Positions 1-10,917 of a DNA stretch of 64,000 nucleotides are shown here, in pieces. Each line of letters opens with the position of its first letter. Position 1 is the first letter of the stretch. The stretch is from Peribolospora baueri. Taxonomy: Eukaryota. The translations under genes were made by a program, and so were the position numbers. The DNA lies in contig JAMDHS010000013.1 in assembly GCA_029717555.1 (NCBI GenBank), positions 124,001 through 188,000 of the forward strand. The letters are read 5' to 3'. Under the pieces are notes generated by a model. That model was not told the DNA's origin and did no database searches. It was given only the letters and a program-made list of their open reading frames with translations.

Positions 1-1604
1 ACCCTCGTCCTCAGTCTCCTCGACTATGCCGAGGCCCCCGTGTCGTCCGCGCTCAAGGCACGCGTTTTGCAAGCATGTCGCTCTAATCTGGTGACCATGG
101 ACGAAATCTGTGACCTTAACTTTGCCCTCGGCGAAGAGTTTGCGCGTGCCGTGACGAGTTTCATGGGCGGGAGAGGCTTGGTCGGAGGCAAGGACGTGGA
201 CTTGGTCGCCAGTCACGGACAGACGCTCTGGCATATCCCGCTACCAGAAGACGGAGGCAGGAAGTCAACATTGCAGATGGCTGTCAGTAGCCTTGGCTGG
301 TAGCTGTTTCTTTTCTAAAATCATACTCATCCAATCCCTCTTTCGTTCTTGACCGTACCCCCCCTCGTGCTCGTCTCGCCTCAGGAATCGGCCATTATCG
401 CGCACAGGACGGGTATCACCACTACTTCCGACTTTCGTGTGGGCGACGTCGCTGCCGGCCGGCAAGGCGCTCCACTCATTGCTTTCCTTGACGCCGCTGT
501 CCTTGTACACCCTACTCGACTCGTAGCCTCTCAGAACCTCGGAGGAATCGGAAATGTAAGCAATACTGCGTTTCAAAGGTGGAGACAGTATGCTAGCAGT
601 CTTTCCTTGATGTGTACACTCCGTACTGACTGACGCTCGACTCATTCCCCCCTGTTCCTTGTCCAGGTCGCCGTCATCTTCCCAGAATCGGAAGGCGGCG
701 TCGATCGATGTTTTGAATTTGACACGGGTCCAGGTAATATCCTAATAGACGCGGCCGTACGTATCGTCACGGACGGGAAGATGGAATATGACAAGGATGG
801 CGAGCTCGGATCCAAGGGCACGGTGGATCAGGAGACAGTCGACGAGGTGTTGAGCCACCCGTATTTCACCAAGCCCTTGCCGAAGACGACAGGTGAGTTA
901 GCCATCCGTCCGACCCGATTCGTTCTCTCTTTTTCTTCTGCGCTCGTGGTCTCCATGCTGACGGGTCTATTGCGCTCATTTCAATCACCTGCGTCTCGCG
1001 ACTCGCGATATGCAGGCCGTGAAGTGTTCGGAGACGAACTTGCCGCTTCTCTGGTCGCCCGTCTCCGCAAGAAGGGCCTCACAGACGAGTCCATCATTGC
1101 CACCTTGTCGCGCATCACCGCCGAATCCCTCGTTCTCGCCTACAAGCGCTACCTTCCACCCGGACGCACTATCGACGACCTCTACATGTGCGGCGGAGGC
1201 GCGTTCAATCCCAACATTGTGAAGTATTTGAGGGAGCAGATGCCGGGGACGAAAATCAGCATGCTGGATGACGTCGGCGTGCCGGTGAGTGCATCCGTCG
1301 CCCTCTTATCGTCGCTTCAAGCCTCGATTTTGACCACGCTCTTCTCCCATCCTCGCTTCAGGCCGCCGCGAAAGAAGCCATTTCGTTCGCTCTCCTCGGA
1401 CGCGAATGCGTCGCTGGCAGGGGCGTCATTGTCCCCGACCACGTCGAAACGCGCGACATGGGCGTTCTCGGCAAGATCACTCCCGGAAAGAACTTTGTCG
1501 ATGTGATGACCAAGGTCCTGTCTCGGCGGGACACGGGAGGCGTGAAGGAAGGGCCAGAGCTGGCATATGCGAAGAGGATTGTCGTGAAGCCCTTTTCGAA
1601 CTGA
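1..1604 (+). CDS. Levoglucosan kinase / anhydro-N-acetylmuramic acid kinase (AnmK family), 5' end outside window, spliced
   Basis: Spliced exons give [73 protein letters not shown] and GKITPG, the motif series of the AnmK/LGK family. GT-AG introns keep the frame; stop TGA at 1602-1604. Confidence 0.9.
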
Positions 1605-1819
1605 TCGGCAGCCACATGGAATCTCAGGGAGAGGATGGTAGAATCGCTCTAATGCCCTCGCTAGAAAAGCGCTTGCAATGGCATGTCTCGCACCGTGACA
1701 TGACCTCCGTGACAACGTCAATTCGAAACGAGCAGGAAAAGCCTCTTATCACGCCTCGCAACTGGGAGCGTGCGAGTCTACAGTGCCTCTACGGTAGAGA
1801 CCGACAAATAGACACGACG

Positions 1820-2551
1820 TTATCCACGTCTATCTGACGTCCAAACGTCCACTACATGTCGAGCGCGGGCCGTGAGAGGCGAATGGAGTTTGAGAAATAA
1901 AAATTCCGTCGGGTCACGTTGAGACTGGTAAGATGTGGTTCGGTTAGCCACTTCAAAAGTGGTCAAGGTTATGGACCGACGGCTCCCACGTTTGTGCCAC
2001 AGGTTCCTCTCCCTCTTCTGTCGCACGGGGAACGTTTGGCGAGGAGTTGATTCAAGCCAGCGTTCGCAGAGCTGGATCGTGTCCTTTTCGACGTCATAGT
2101 CGAGCACCCAGGCCGGGTGGAGGAGTATCGAGATAGCCCGGGGATCGATGGGCTTGCTCCACTCGAGCTTGTGCCACGCCTCGCGGTTCTTCACGCCCAG
2201 CGCTTGCGTCTCCGTTGCGCGCCCTGGAACAAGGCGTAGCCCCGTGGACGACGGGACAGGGTAATGGGTGCGGGAGGGAAGGAGACGAGAAGGATGGACA
2301 AAGACGGGGGAGTTAGTCCTCGAGAGGACGTGGGATCCGATCGTCGACTCTTCCTCCAAACTTCGGGGCACTTCCGCCTCGCTTGGGGACTCTGATGCCA
2401 CTAACCATACCTGATCTTCTCAGACGCCCGGACGGCAGCTCAAATGTTGTCTTTGCCAGCCAGAGCGAGTGTTGTGGCGATGCAGACGGCGTCCTCGATC
2501 GCCTGGGAGGCGCCTTGGATAGACGTCGGCAGAAAGGGATGTGCTGCGTCC
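1820..2551 (-). pseudogene. C-terminal relic of an FAD-dependent (salicylate hydroxylase-like) monooxygenase
   Basis: Exon 2551-2406 reads (G)DAAHPFLPTSIQGASQAIEDAVCIATTLALAGKDNI*AAVRASEKIRY, with the GDAAH FAD motif and an in-frame TGA at 2442-2440. Intron gttagt(2405)...cag(2224) contains a CTAAC branch site. The next exon reads RATETQALGVKNREAWHK...PAWVLDYD. No N-terminal GxGxxG exon was found upstream. Confidence 0.8.
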
Positions 2552-2850
2552 CTGCAGACGGCATAGCCAAAGCGAATAAGGGAGGGAGGGCGGTTGAAAG
2601 AGGCATCTCTCTTCGGGCCCTCCGTTGATTGCCATGCCCACCGGAAAGACAGACAGACACATTATCAGATTATTTCCGTTATGACGGCCGACAACCCTCC
2701 AGTTTATTATTGCTCGTCCCTTCCCCGGCTCCTTATTCGCTCTGTGGGGCCCCGCAGTCCGCCGGTCCGGACGAACACGAACCTCACGACCTCCTACTGC
2801 GCTGCGCTTCTTCGCTCACTTTCTTCTTTTTTCCACCACGACCGCCCTAG

Positions 2851-3037
2851 ACCAGGTTACGAACCGCGCTACTCGCTCCTCGACCTTGCCCCTTGCCCCA
2901 CTTCCGCCTGCATCCCATCTTTCTATTCCTCTGTTCACGCCTCGCTCTCCCTTTCTCCTTCCATACCCCAGATGGAACGCTCCCCGTATCTGGCAGGCAG
3001 GTCCGACTGGCGAACGCAGCGCAGTGGCCGGACCGAG
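2851..3037 (+). pseudogene. Isolated exon relics (DQVTNR / WNAPRIWQAGPTGERSAVAGPR), possibly the N-terminal region of a class II aldolase/adducin-type gene
   Basis: Branch site, pyrimidine tract and TAG acceptor at 2850; CAG acceptor at 2971; gtgcgg donor at 3038. No start codon and no downstream continuation. The family assignment is from memory only. Confidence 0.35.
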
Positions 3038-3375
3038 GTGCGGTTCTACGCCCAGAACGCCCCCGCGACCTGCGCCTCCAGGTCTTCCTTCTCTTCCTTC
3101 TCTTGACGTCGTTCCGAAAACCCATTTTGGGCGTCTTCAAACCTCGTTAGTCTCGCAGTTCACTCACCCAAAGGACAGGCGCACGCATATAACCGAGCTC
3201 GGGCTCTGTCCAGGTCGCACCCGGCTTCTTCATACTCAACTTGCTTGTCCCTCGACCCGACTCTGTGTCGACCTTACCTCTTCACCTCGCACGTCCACCG
3301 CCGTCCATCCCCAGCATCCCCCCAGGTTTAAGCGGTCAGGTGGCCAAGCCAAGGCGCACAAAGGGTCTGTCCAAG

Positions 3376-6035
3376 ATGACTTTAGGCATTCTCGAAGACC
3401 ACCACCTCGAGCACGTCCCAGGTGCGTTCTCCCGCTCGTCCCTTCCCTGCTTTCTGCTCGCCTGGTCCTCCCACTCCGCCCCATCTTCGTCCTTTTCGCC
3501 TATGCTCATTCGTGCCTTTTACCCTCGCTTCCTTCCCCGCTCCAAGGTACCTCCTTGCTCGCTAACCGGCGTTCCACTCTTTCTGAGCGCCTCGAGGATG
3601 CACCCAGCTCTTCCAACCTCAAACACGGTACCGGGCCTTCCTCACACATCGTCCTCCAGCCCCAGCCACAGACGATCCGCAAGATTCGCTCGAATGGCCC
3701 GTCTGGAAGAAAGAGTTGCTCTTCTGGACCCTCATGTTTGCAGCCGGGCTTGTGGGCGCCATCGGGCCGCTCATGGCGCCCGGATATGCATTCGTTGCAA
3801 AGCAGTGGAACGTTAGCGTCGATGCCGTCGCGAGCAGCAACGGCGCCCTCCTCTTGGGCCTCGGTTGCTTCGTGTTCGTCCAAAGCGCATTTGCCGTCAA
3901 GTACGGCAAACGGCCCATCTTCATCTTCTCCATGGCCGTCCTCTTCTTCTGCTCCACCTGGTCCGCCGTCTCCAAGGGCCTTACCTCCTTTATAGCATCG
4001 CGAACGTTCCAGGGCTTTGGCATGGCTGCCTACGAGGCCCTCGTCACGGCCACTATCGGGGACATTTACTTTGTCCACGAGCGTGGAGTGCGCGTCGCCA
4101 TTTGGGGTTTCGCTCTCATCGGAGGAATCAGTGAGTTTGCATCTTTTTTCCCCTTCCTCCAGAAGGAGCCTGTCTCAATGACCGTTTCGACCGGGCTCGT
4201 AGACATCACACCTATCGTGAACGGCTACGTCATCAGCCCTCTAGGCGTGAGTGATGTGGAGAAAGACAAGGGCACGCTTCCCAACATCACGAGCATGCGG
4301 GGCGTAACGACAACGCCGTCGTATCGACCCTTTCTCACGGGGGCGGGAACGATAAGCCGACGAGCGGTAACGGGCAGCAAAGAAAACCAAAGACTTTTGT
4401 CGAGGAGCTCAAGCCGTGGAGTGGATACAAGGCCCCGGTGAGCCTGTGGAGGACGGCGCTTCGGCCTGAATAAAGACCAGGGAACGGAGGCTCGACCAAG
4501 CGCCCAGTAGGACGGAACCGCCACCGTCTGATACGCTGACGACCTTTCGTGACGCCCGCAGCCTTCCCGTTTTTGCTCAGCCCGGCCGTCCTATGGGCGG
4601 TCCTAGCTTGTCAGTGCGCCCCCCCCCCGTGCGACTTTATTTTAAGGATTAATTTTTTCCTCCTCTCCCTCTCGTTTCCAAATGAGCTGACTGCCTCACC
4701 ACCCACAATATTCCACCCGGTTAACTGACTTTGCGGACAATAGACGGTTTGACTACCGCCTGGCTCGTCATCGCCAGCGTACTCACCTCGGTCGTCTTCG
4801 GCGGGCCGCCGTACTTCTTTACCACTTCCCAAGTGGGCCTAGTTTCCATCGGTGCGAATTTCCTTGCCATCACAGCTCGACTTTTATGCTGGCCTTTGCC
4901 CACGAGCAAGTTTCGTGGGAGAAAAACCAGGCTAACTCGGCGTGTATATTCTTTGATCGTTCGTCATCTGTCATTTGTCTATCGACCGGGCCGACAGGCC
5001 CACTCATCGCTTCCATCATCGGCGCCTTCGTATCTGGCCCTCTATGCGATTGTAAGTTCCTCACTCACCTTCGCTTCCCCTCGCAGATGTCTCGATGTCG
5101 GCTTGTCTCCGTTCTTTTGTCCTCCTGTGAACCTCGCGCCGATTCTTTGTGTCGGCGGTTGACAGACGTTGGCGTGTGGTTCGCCAAGCGAAATAACGGC
5201 GTCTTCGAGCCCGAATCGCGCCTCCTGCTCTTGATCTTCATGCTCCTCTTCGAAGTGTTTGGCTACATGAGTCTCCCCCTGAGATCTGCACTCTTCCCCT
5301 TTCTCGTGCTTCATCCTCGCCACCTTCTCTTCTCTTCACCCGCCTTCCACTTGCTGGCTCCTTTTGCCGCCTCAAATGACAACGCTGACACCAAGGTTCC
5401 GATCTCGACGCGCTGCCGGGATTTGTAGATGGGCTGAGCGTTGATGCAGGGATCGGGCCAACGTTGGATCGGCCCGGTGGTCATGTATAACTTTATCAAC
5501 TTCGGACAAGGCGTCGGCAGCACGGCCATCGTCACATACCTCATCGACGTACACCGTAAGAACGCTCCAGAGCGGTCTGTCGTCCCTGCCTTCCTCCTCT
5601 TTCCCTCCTCCTTCTTTTCCTTCTTTCCGCCTGTCCTGCCTGTCGGTGTTGACCCTCTTTTTCGCTTTCCACACGACGGTGACGACGGCGGAATAGCTTT
5701 GCCATCTTCAATTTCGTCAAAAACATTATCACCTACGGCTTCACGCGTTTTGTCAACTCGTGGGTCGAGACACACGGCGTGCGCAACAGCTTTGCCACCT
5801 TGTCTGGCATTGTCGCCGTCTTTATCCTTCCTTCCCTTCCCATGGTACGTTCTCTTCCCGTTTCGCCCTTTTCGAACCGAGGGGAAGAAGCCGGCCTCTC
5901 GTTCCATCGGTTGATGGCCAAAGTAGACCGATTGACTTTGTCTCTGTCGTTTTTGCTGCCATTGGACAGTACATCTTCGGGAAGCGGAGCAGGTCTTTCG
6001 TGGCCCGGCATCCGCGTTTGTTCATGAACGATTAA
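3376..6035 (+). pseudogene. MFS transporter (fungal DHA-like) pseudogene
   Basis: Recognisable MTLGILED..VPGT, DDPQDSLEWPVWKK, KYGKRPI, IGDIYFVHERG, KTFVEELKPWSG, RNNGVFEPESRL and YIFGKRSR segments. Lesions: frameshift near 3667, missing segment plus frameshift near 4245-4280, CT in place of a GT donor at 4466, AT in place of a GT donor at 5267, and TGA at 5435-5437 (MG*ALM). Confidence 0.85.
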
Positions 6036-6704
6036 AGGCGCCGTCGAATTTGCGAATGCCCCCAAGTCGGCCGGCCCCGTGCGGCATCTTCGAGGCTTGT
6101 CCAAGCGACGTCGCCTTTCCGAGGCGCATCTACCCAATTCAATTGCACTAAACGCCAACGCCTCCCTTGCTTTCGCTTCGGAACCGACGGTCGTCCCCCC
6201 CGTGTGCTTCTCTCTTTCTTCGGTCAGGATGGGGCTGTCAACAGCCCTGGCTTCTCTTTCTCTTCTCATATCTCTCGTCGCTCCTGAGACAAAACCCGTA
6301 ACTTTACAGTTAGGTTTTGGTCGCCGCTCACTATTTCCCACTCCCACAGCAGCTTCGGCGTTCCATCACGAGCATGCATGTGATCATGTCCTTGAAGCAA
6401 CGGATCCTCTTCGAGTCTCTCTTTGTACACGGTCGATGGTCGGCCGTTTGGCGACGCTTTGTGCCGATCTCTCGGCCGCGCCCTTTGTCGACATGGCGTG
6501 CTTTGCTATCGCCCAGCCCCGAAAGGTGAACTTTTTCTCGATCCACGCTTCTTCAGTCACATAGGCCCTCGTTTCTCTCCGCGACGGCGAACGTGTTCGT
6601 GGAATCGATCCCCTACTACCTCAGCTCAGGCGTCCATACGTTAACCCCCACAAAAAATCAGTTGGGCGAGGGCGCCCGCGACGCGACCGAGAGAAACGAA
6701 GACT

Positions 6705-9598
6705 TCATTGGAAAAAGCCCTTGAGCCTGCTGCTAACCCTCCTGTCTCCCAACGACACCCTCTTCACACCCTCCGTCTTTCCCTTCCTGATCCGCTGGAG
6801 CAGCAAGTTGGACTCGTACGGCCGGACGCTCGCATTGGCCGTGCCGACGGTGATGTGTGTCACCGCGTTCGGGTCCAGGTCGAGCGTTTCGGCGGGCTCA
6901 AAATCCCCCACAGCGATCGCCATCACCTGGTCGTCCCACACCAGTTCCTTGAGCGCAAAGCGCACCTCCTCCCCTGGCCCTGGACGCGCCCATAACGCAG
7001 CGTACTTGTCCCACCGCTCCTTGATGCCCTTCTCGCTCTCCTTCTCATGCACCAGGGTGACGTGCGGCCGCTTCGTCACGCGATCCTGGTCGACGAGACT
7101 CTCGAAGAAAGACCCATCGAGGGACGGGTCTTGAGCGAACACGACGGTAAGGAGCTTTTGCACATCCAACTCGACGGCTAGGGCGTAGTAGCGCGGAGGC
7201 TTGACGGCCGACTCCTGTGCCTTCTTGAATACGCTCGGCTTGTACTCCATGGCTTTCGAGATTGCTGCAGAGATTTCCTCGTCTGTGACCTCGCGCAGAT
7301 CGAGAATCGGTGCAAGCCTTTCGATGGCCACGCGAAGGTTCCCTTCGGGAGTACCGTCGACGGCCATGATGATTTCGTCATCATACAGGTCGTCACCTTC
7401 CCCTCCATTGCGGTCGAACGGGTTCACATCCGAGAGGAAACGCCACAGAATAGTCTCGTGCTGCTTTGATTCATCGACACGCAAAGACTGGTGATTGCCT
7501 CCTCGTCTGGTGATCCGATCAGCACAGATGCGGTGGACCGTGTTGAGCGGGCATGAGTCGAGAGACCAGTTGAGCGCAACCAGTCGCACCCGTTCGGGAA
7601 GCTTGGCGACCGCTTCTGCAATCTCTGCGCGGTGTTTAGAGAGGTGGTTGTTTCTGGGCGACAAGAAGTAATAGTCTCCAAGTCAGACAGAAGACCCTTG
7701 TGATCGCTTGGCGAACGTACTTACCTGTCAGCAATGAGCACGTCGTGTGTTTTGAGACCGTCTTGAATATTCTTGAGGAAGTGCGGGGCCGTCTTTTTAG
7801 CCTGGATATTGTCGCTTTGAGTATGTCCAAACCCGAAGAGGTGAACAAGGGCGACGCTCAGTATGGTTTTGCCTGAAGAGAACAACGACGGCGATTAAAT
7901 GATCATCATCAATGGAAACAGCGCCCGGTAGACGTTAAACACTCACCACAGCCTGGCACTGCCACAGGCACGATGCATGTCTTTGTAAACGGCCTCGTGT
8001 CCTTCTGCTCTTCTCTCGTCTTCTCTTCCTTGCCCAGCCTCTTCTTTCCCTTCTCGCTCTCGAGATATCTCAAAAACGCGTCCCGAACCCGAATGATGCC
8101 GTGACCTTTCTCGAAACCTTCGAACAGCTCCGGATGGTCCCGCATCGCATCGTGGGCCCAGCGCACGAAAAGGAACGACTCTGGTCGCCGAGAATGGGGG
8201 CGTGGCAAAGAGGCCTGCCCGGTCGTCTCCAGGACGGCCGTGCCTTTTTTCTTTCCCTTGGTCTCCTTCTCTTGAGCGCTCACTCCTGGGAGCACGACAT
8301 CGTCGTCGTCCAGCGCCCGCCACTTGTCATCGGGTTCACCGGACTTACGCCACGTCGTATACATCTTGCGCGCCAACTCGCGCCACTCGCGATACATCAG
8401 GTACGGCTCGTCGAACTTGACCTTGTAGAACCAGGGCTGGCCAGGAGCGTAGGGGGGCATGCGTACGGTCGACGGCGCGGTGGCGTTGCCTCTTCCGGTA
8501 ATGCCATCCGCTGTGCTTGCGGCGTTCTTGTCTACGGGCATACGCGTGCGTACGACGAAGCCTTCGATGGGTTCGCCCTTATACGTCCCCGTTGTGCCGA
8601 CCATCGACGTGAACTGATCCACTTCAGCTAGCGTGTCCTTCACGACGTAACGTGTGGGAATGAAGCCCCACTCCTTGGCAAAGGCTTCCACTTCGGACAT
8701 CGGTCGCGTCTTAAACGATGCAGTATTGTAATTGAGACCGTGAAGGTATAGACCGGAGCGTTCTGGAGGGTAAGGGAGCACGTGCTCCTCGAACAAGTCG
8801 TCGCAGAGCTGTCGAAGCCAGGTCGCCCCGTTGGTCAACGGCCATAAAAAACAACAATGTGCATACAAAATAGCTGTCTTACCTCTGCCACCGCTGTCAT
8901 GTTGTTTTGGAAGAGCCAAGCTGCAAGCTGGGCCTTTGTCTTGCCAGCGCTAGCGAGATGTTTGTCGAGCCACTCTTCGCCCTTCTGGGCATGACTGTAC
9001 TCGTGGCCCTCCAGGTGACCAAGAGAGTGCTTCGAAGTGACGACAAGGTACGATGGAGTGAGAGCGCCGATGAAGATAATGCACCCGTTTTCCTTAAACG
9101 TGATCTCATAGGGGCCGACTGAGGCTGCTTTGATCGATTCGGGCTGGTAATCGCTCCGTCAGAGTCGCCGAATGCCGTCAGACCACGTCAGACCATCCGC
9201 CTGCCGCTCACCTTGGTCCATGGCATCTCGCCCACATTAAAAAATTTGTCATAGCCTCTAACCAATATCCTCTCCCGCTTTCCACCTTCGAGCTCCTTGA
9301 CCGTAAAGAGACCGCGGGCCAAGCTCGGCAGCTTGTCCTCCTTGCGGTATGCGAACTCGTTCATCTTCCAGCTGACGATAGAGTGCGCTGCACCACTGAC
9401 CGGGTCGGTGACCGTATGCACCGTCGACTTGACCAGAGGCTTGCTCTGGGACCTGTAAGTGTAAAGAGAAGTCAAGAGCTCGGAGGTGGAAGCTGCGTTG
9501 AGAGAGAAAGGGTCCTTGTCGGCCGCCACGGCGGGCGCCGGGCCCGAAGCGGAGTTCGCTATGTGCAGCGCAGCAAATGCAGCTTCCGGCGCGGCCAT
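6705..9598 (-). CDS. TRL1: Fungal tRNA ligase (ligase + kinase + cyclic phosphodiesterase)
   Basis: SWKMNEF..ARGLFT, RGYDKFFN, motif I FKENGCIIFI, EGFVVR, P-loop VPGCGKT, DRNNH, and CPDase HVTL and HITVGT; intact after splicing. Confidence 0.95.
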
Positions 9599-9747
9599 GG
9601 TTTGAGTGCCTTCAAGGCTCTCTATGAGGGAAAACGGGCTAGGAAGATGTCTTGGGAGTCTCTCTGGGCGATGCTGATCGTCGCACGCACATCATTTAAC
9701 ATGGCCGAGCCGTCGACAGGTGATCGGCGCAATCGGCTGCGGTATAT

Positions 9748-9810
9748 TCACGTGACAACATCAACACTTTGGACTAGACGAGCTGTATAGCGCCTGCGGT
9801 AACCCTAACC
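9748..9810. promoter_or_regulatory. TRL1/RPS14 bidirectional promoter: TCACGTGAC E-box and TAACCCTAACC telomere-like box
   Basis: TCACGTGAC at 9748-9756; TAACCCTAACC at 9800-9810, about 100 bp upstream of the RPS14 ATG. Confidence 0.6.
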
Positions 9811-9907
9811 CGGCTCTCCAGCGTCCGAAGGCCTCGACCGTCTTGCTTCTCGACCCAACTGGTCATCGCCGTCTTTCATCGTCTCAACCTCAAGACCGTC
9901 ATCCAAC

Positions 9908-10917
9908 ATGGTGAGCAAGCTGTGCAGCCATGCGACGTGATGGGGATGGTGTGCTTGCGCGTGGCATGCTTCTCCTGGGAGAGGCCATGAGTGCTCAGTA
10001 TCCACCTTCCATCCCAATACAGGCTCCCAAAGCGAAGAAGACCCCAGCGCAGGCCGACATCTCCCTCGGCCCCCAGGTCGGCGAGGGCGAGCTCGTCTTC
10101 GGTGTCGCCCACATCTTCGCTTCGTTCAACGACACGTTCGTCCACGTCACTGACCTTACTGGCAAGGAGACCATCTCCCGTGTTACCGGTGAGTTGGCAG
10201 CTGATCTTATGATGCCGGGACGCGCCAGCTTGGACGAAGAGTTGCTTGACCGCTGACGACTCATCGGTTTCCGCATGCATTCGCAGGTGGTATGAAGGTC
10301 AAGGCTGACCGCGACGAGAGCTCCCCGTACGCTGGTGAGCTTCCATGCGTTTCCTGAGCTTCCATGCGTTTCCTCTGTTCAAGTCGATTCAGTCGGCCAT
10401 TGTCATTTATTCGTTGTATCCTTTTCCCTCACATTCAGCCATGCTTGCTGCCCAGGACGTTGCCGCTCGCTGCAAGGAGATTGGCATCACTGCCCTTCAC
10501 ATCAGGCTGCGCGCTACCGGCGGTACTTCTACCAAGACTCCCGGCCCTGGCGCTCAGTCCGCTCTCCGCGCGCTCGCTCGTGCTGGCATGCGCATCGGTC
10601 GTATCGAGGACGTCACTCCCGTCCCTACCGACTCTACGAGGCGAAAGGTGGGTAGAATCTTGGCCGGCTTTTTTTATGGATGGCGGGCTGGAAGGGACAT
10701 GGGCGCGAGCAGAGAGAGCTTGATTTGGATAGGCGCGGAGAAGAGGGCAGGAGAAGGCGAGGAGAGGGTCAGCTGGCGCTTCTGGAGCAGAATGGATCAA
10801 GATGCGGAGTGGAAGCATGTGCAGACCGCTCATCCTGAGACTATGTTGGAGAATGCCCTACTGACACTCGCCTCCCTTTGCGTTCAACAGGGTGGTCGCC
10901 GTGGTCGCCGTCTGTAG
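9908..10917 (+). CDS. RPS14: 40S ribosomal protein S14 (uS11)
   Basis: ATG followed directly by an intron; [59 protein letters not shown] and C-terminal GGRRGRRL. Confidence 0.98.
10336..10373 (+). repeat. 19-nt perfect tandem duplication at the 5' end of an RPS14 intron
   Basis: TGAGCTTCCATGCGTTTCC x2. Confidence 0.9.

Noticed and set aside
6079..6564. 161-aa ORF between the MFS pseudogene and TRL1
   Set aside because: Non-ATG start, no motifs, located in a convergent 3' region; likely spurious.
7719..7728. ACTTACCTG resembling the U1 snRNA 5' end (similar sequence near 49860)
   Set aside because: It is the reverse complement of a splice donor of the minus-strand gene.
9800..9810. Telomerase RNA template or interstitial telomere
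   Set aside because: Under two repeats, located in a short promoter with no room for a long RNA; better explained as a protein-binding site.
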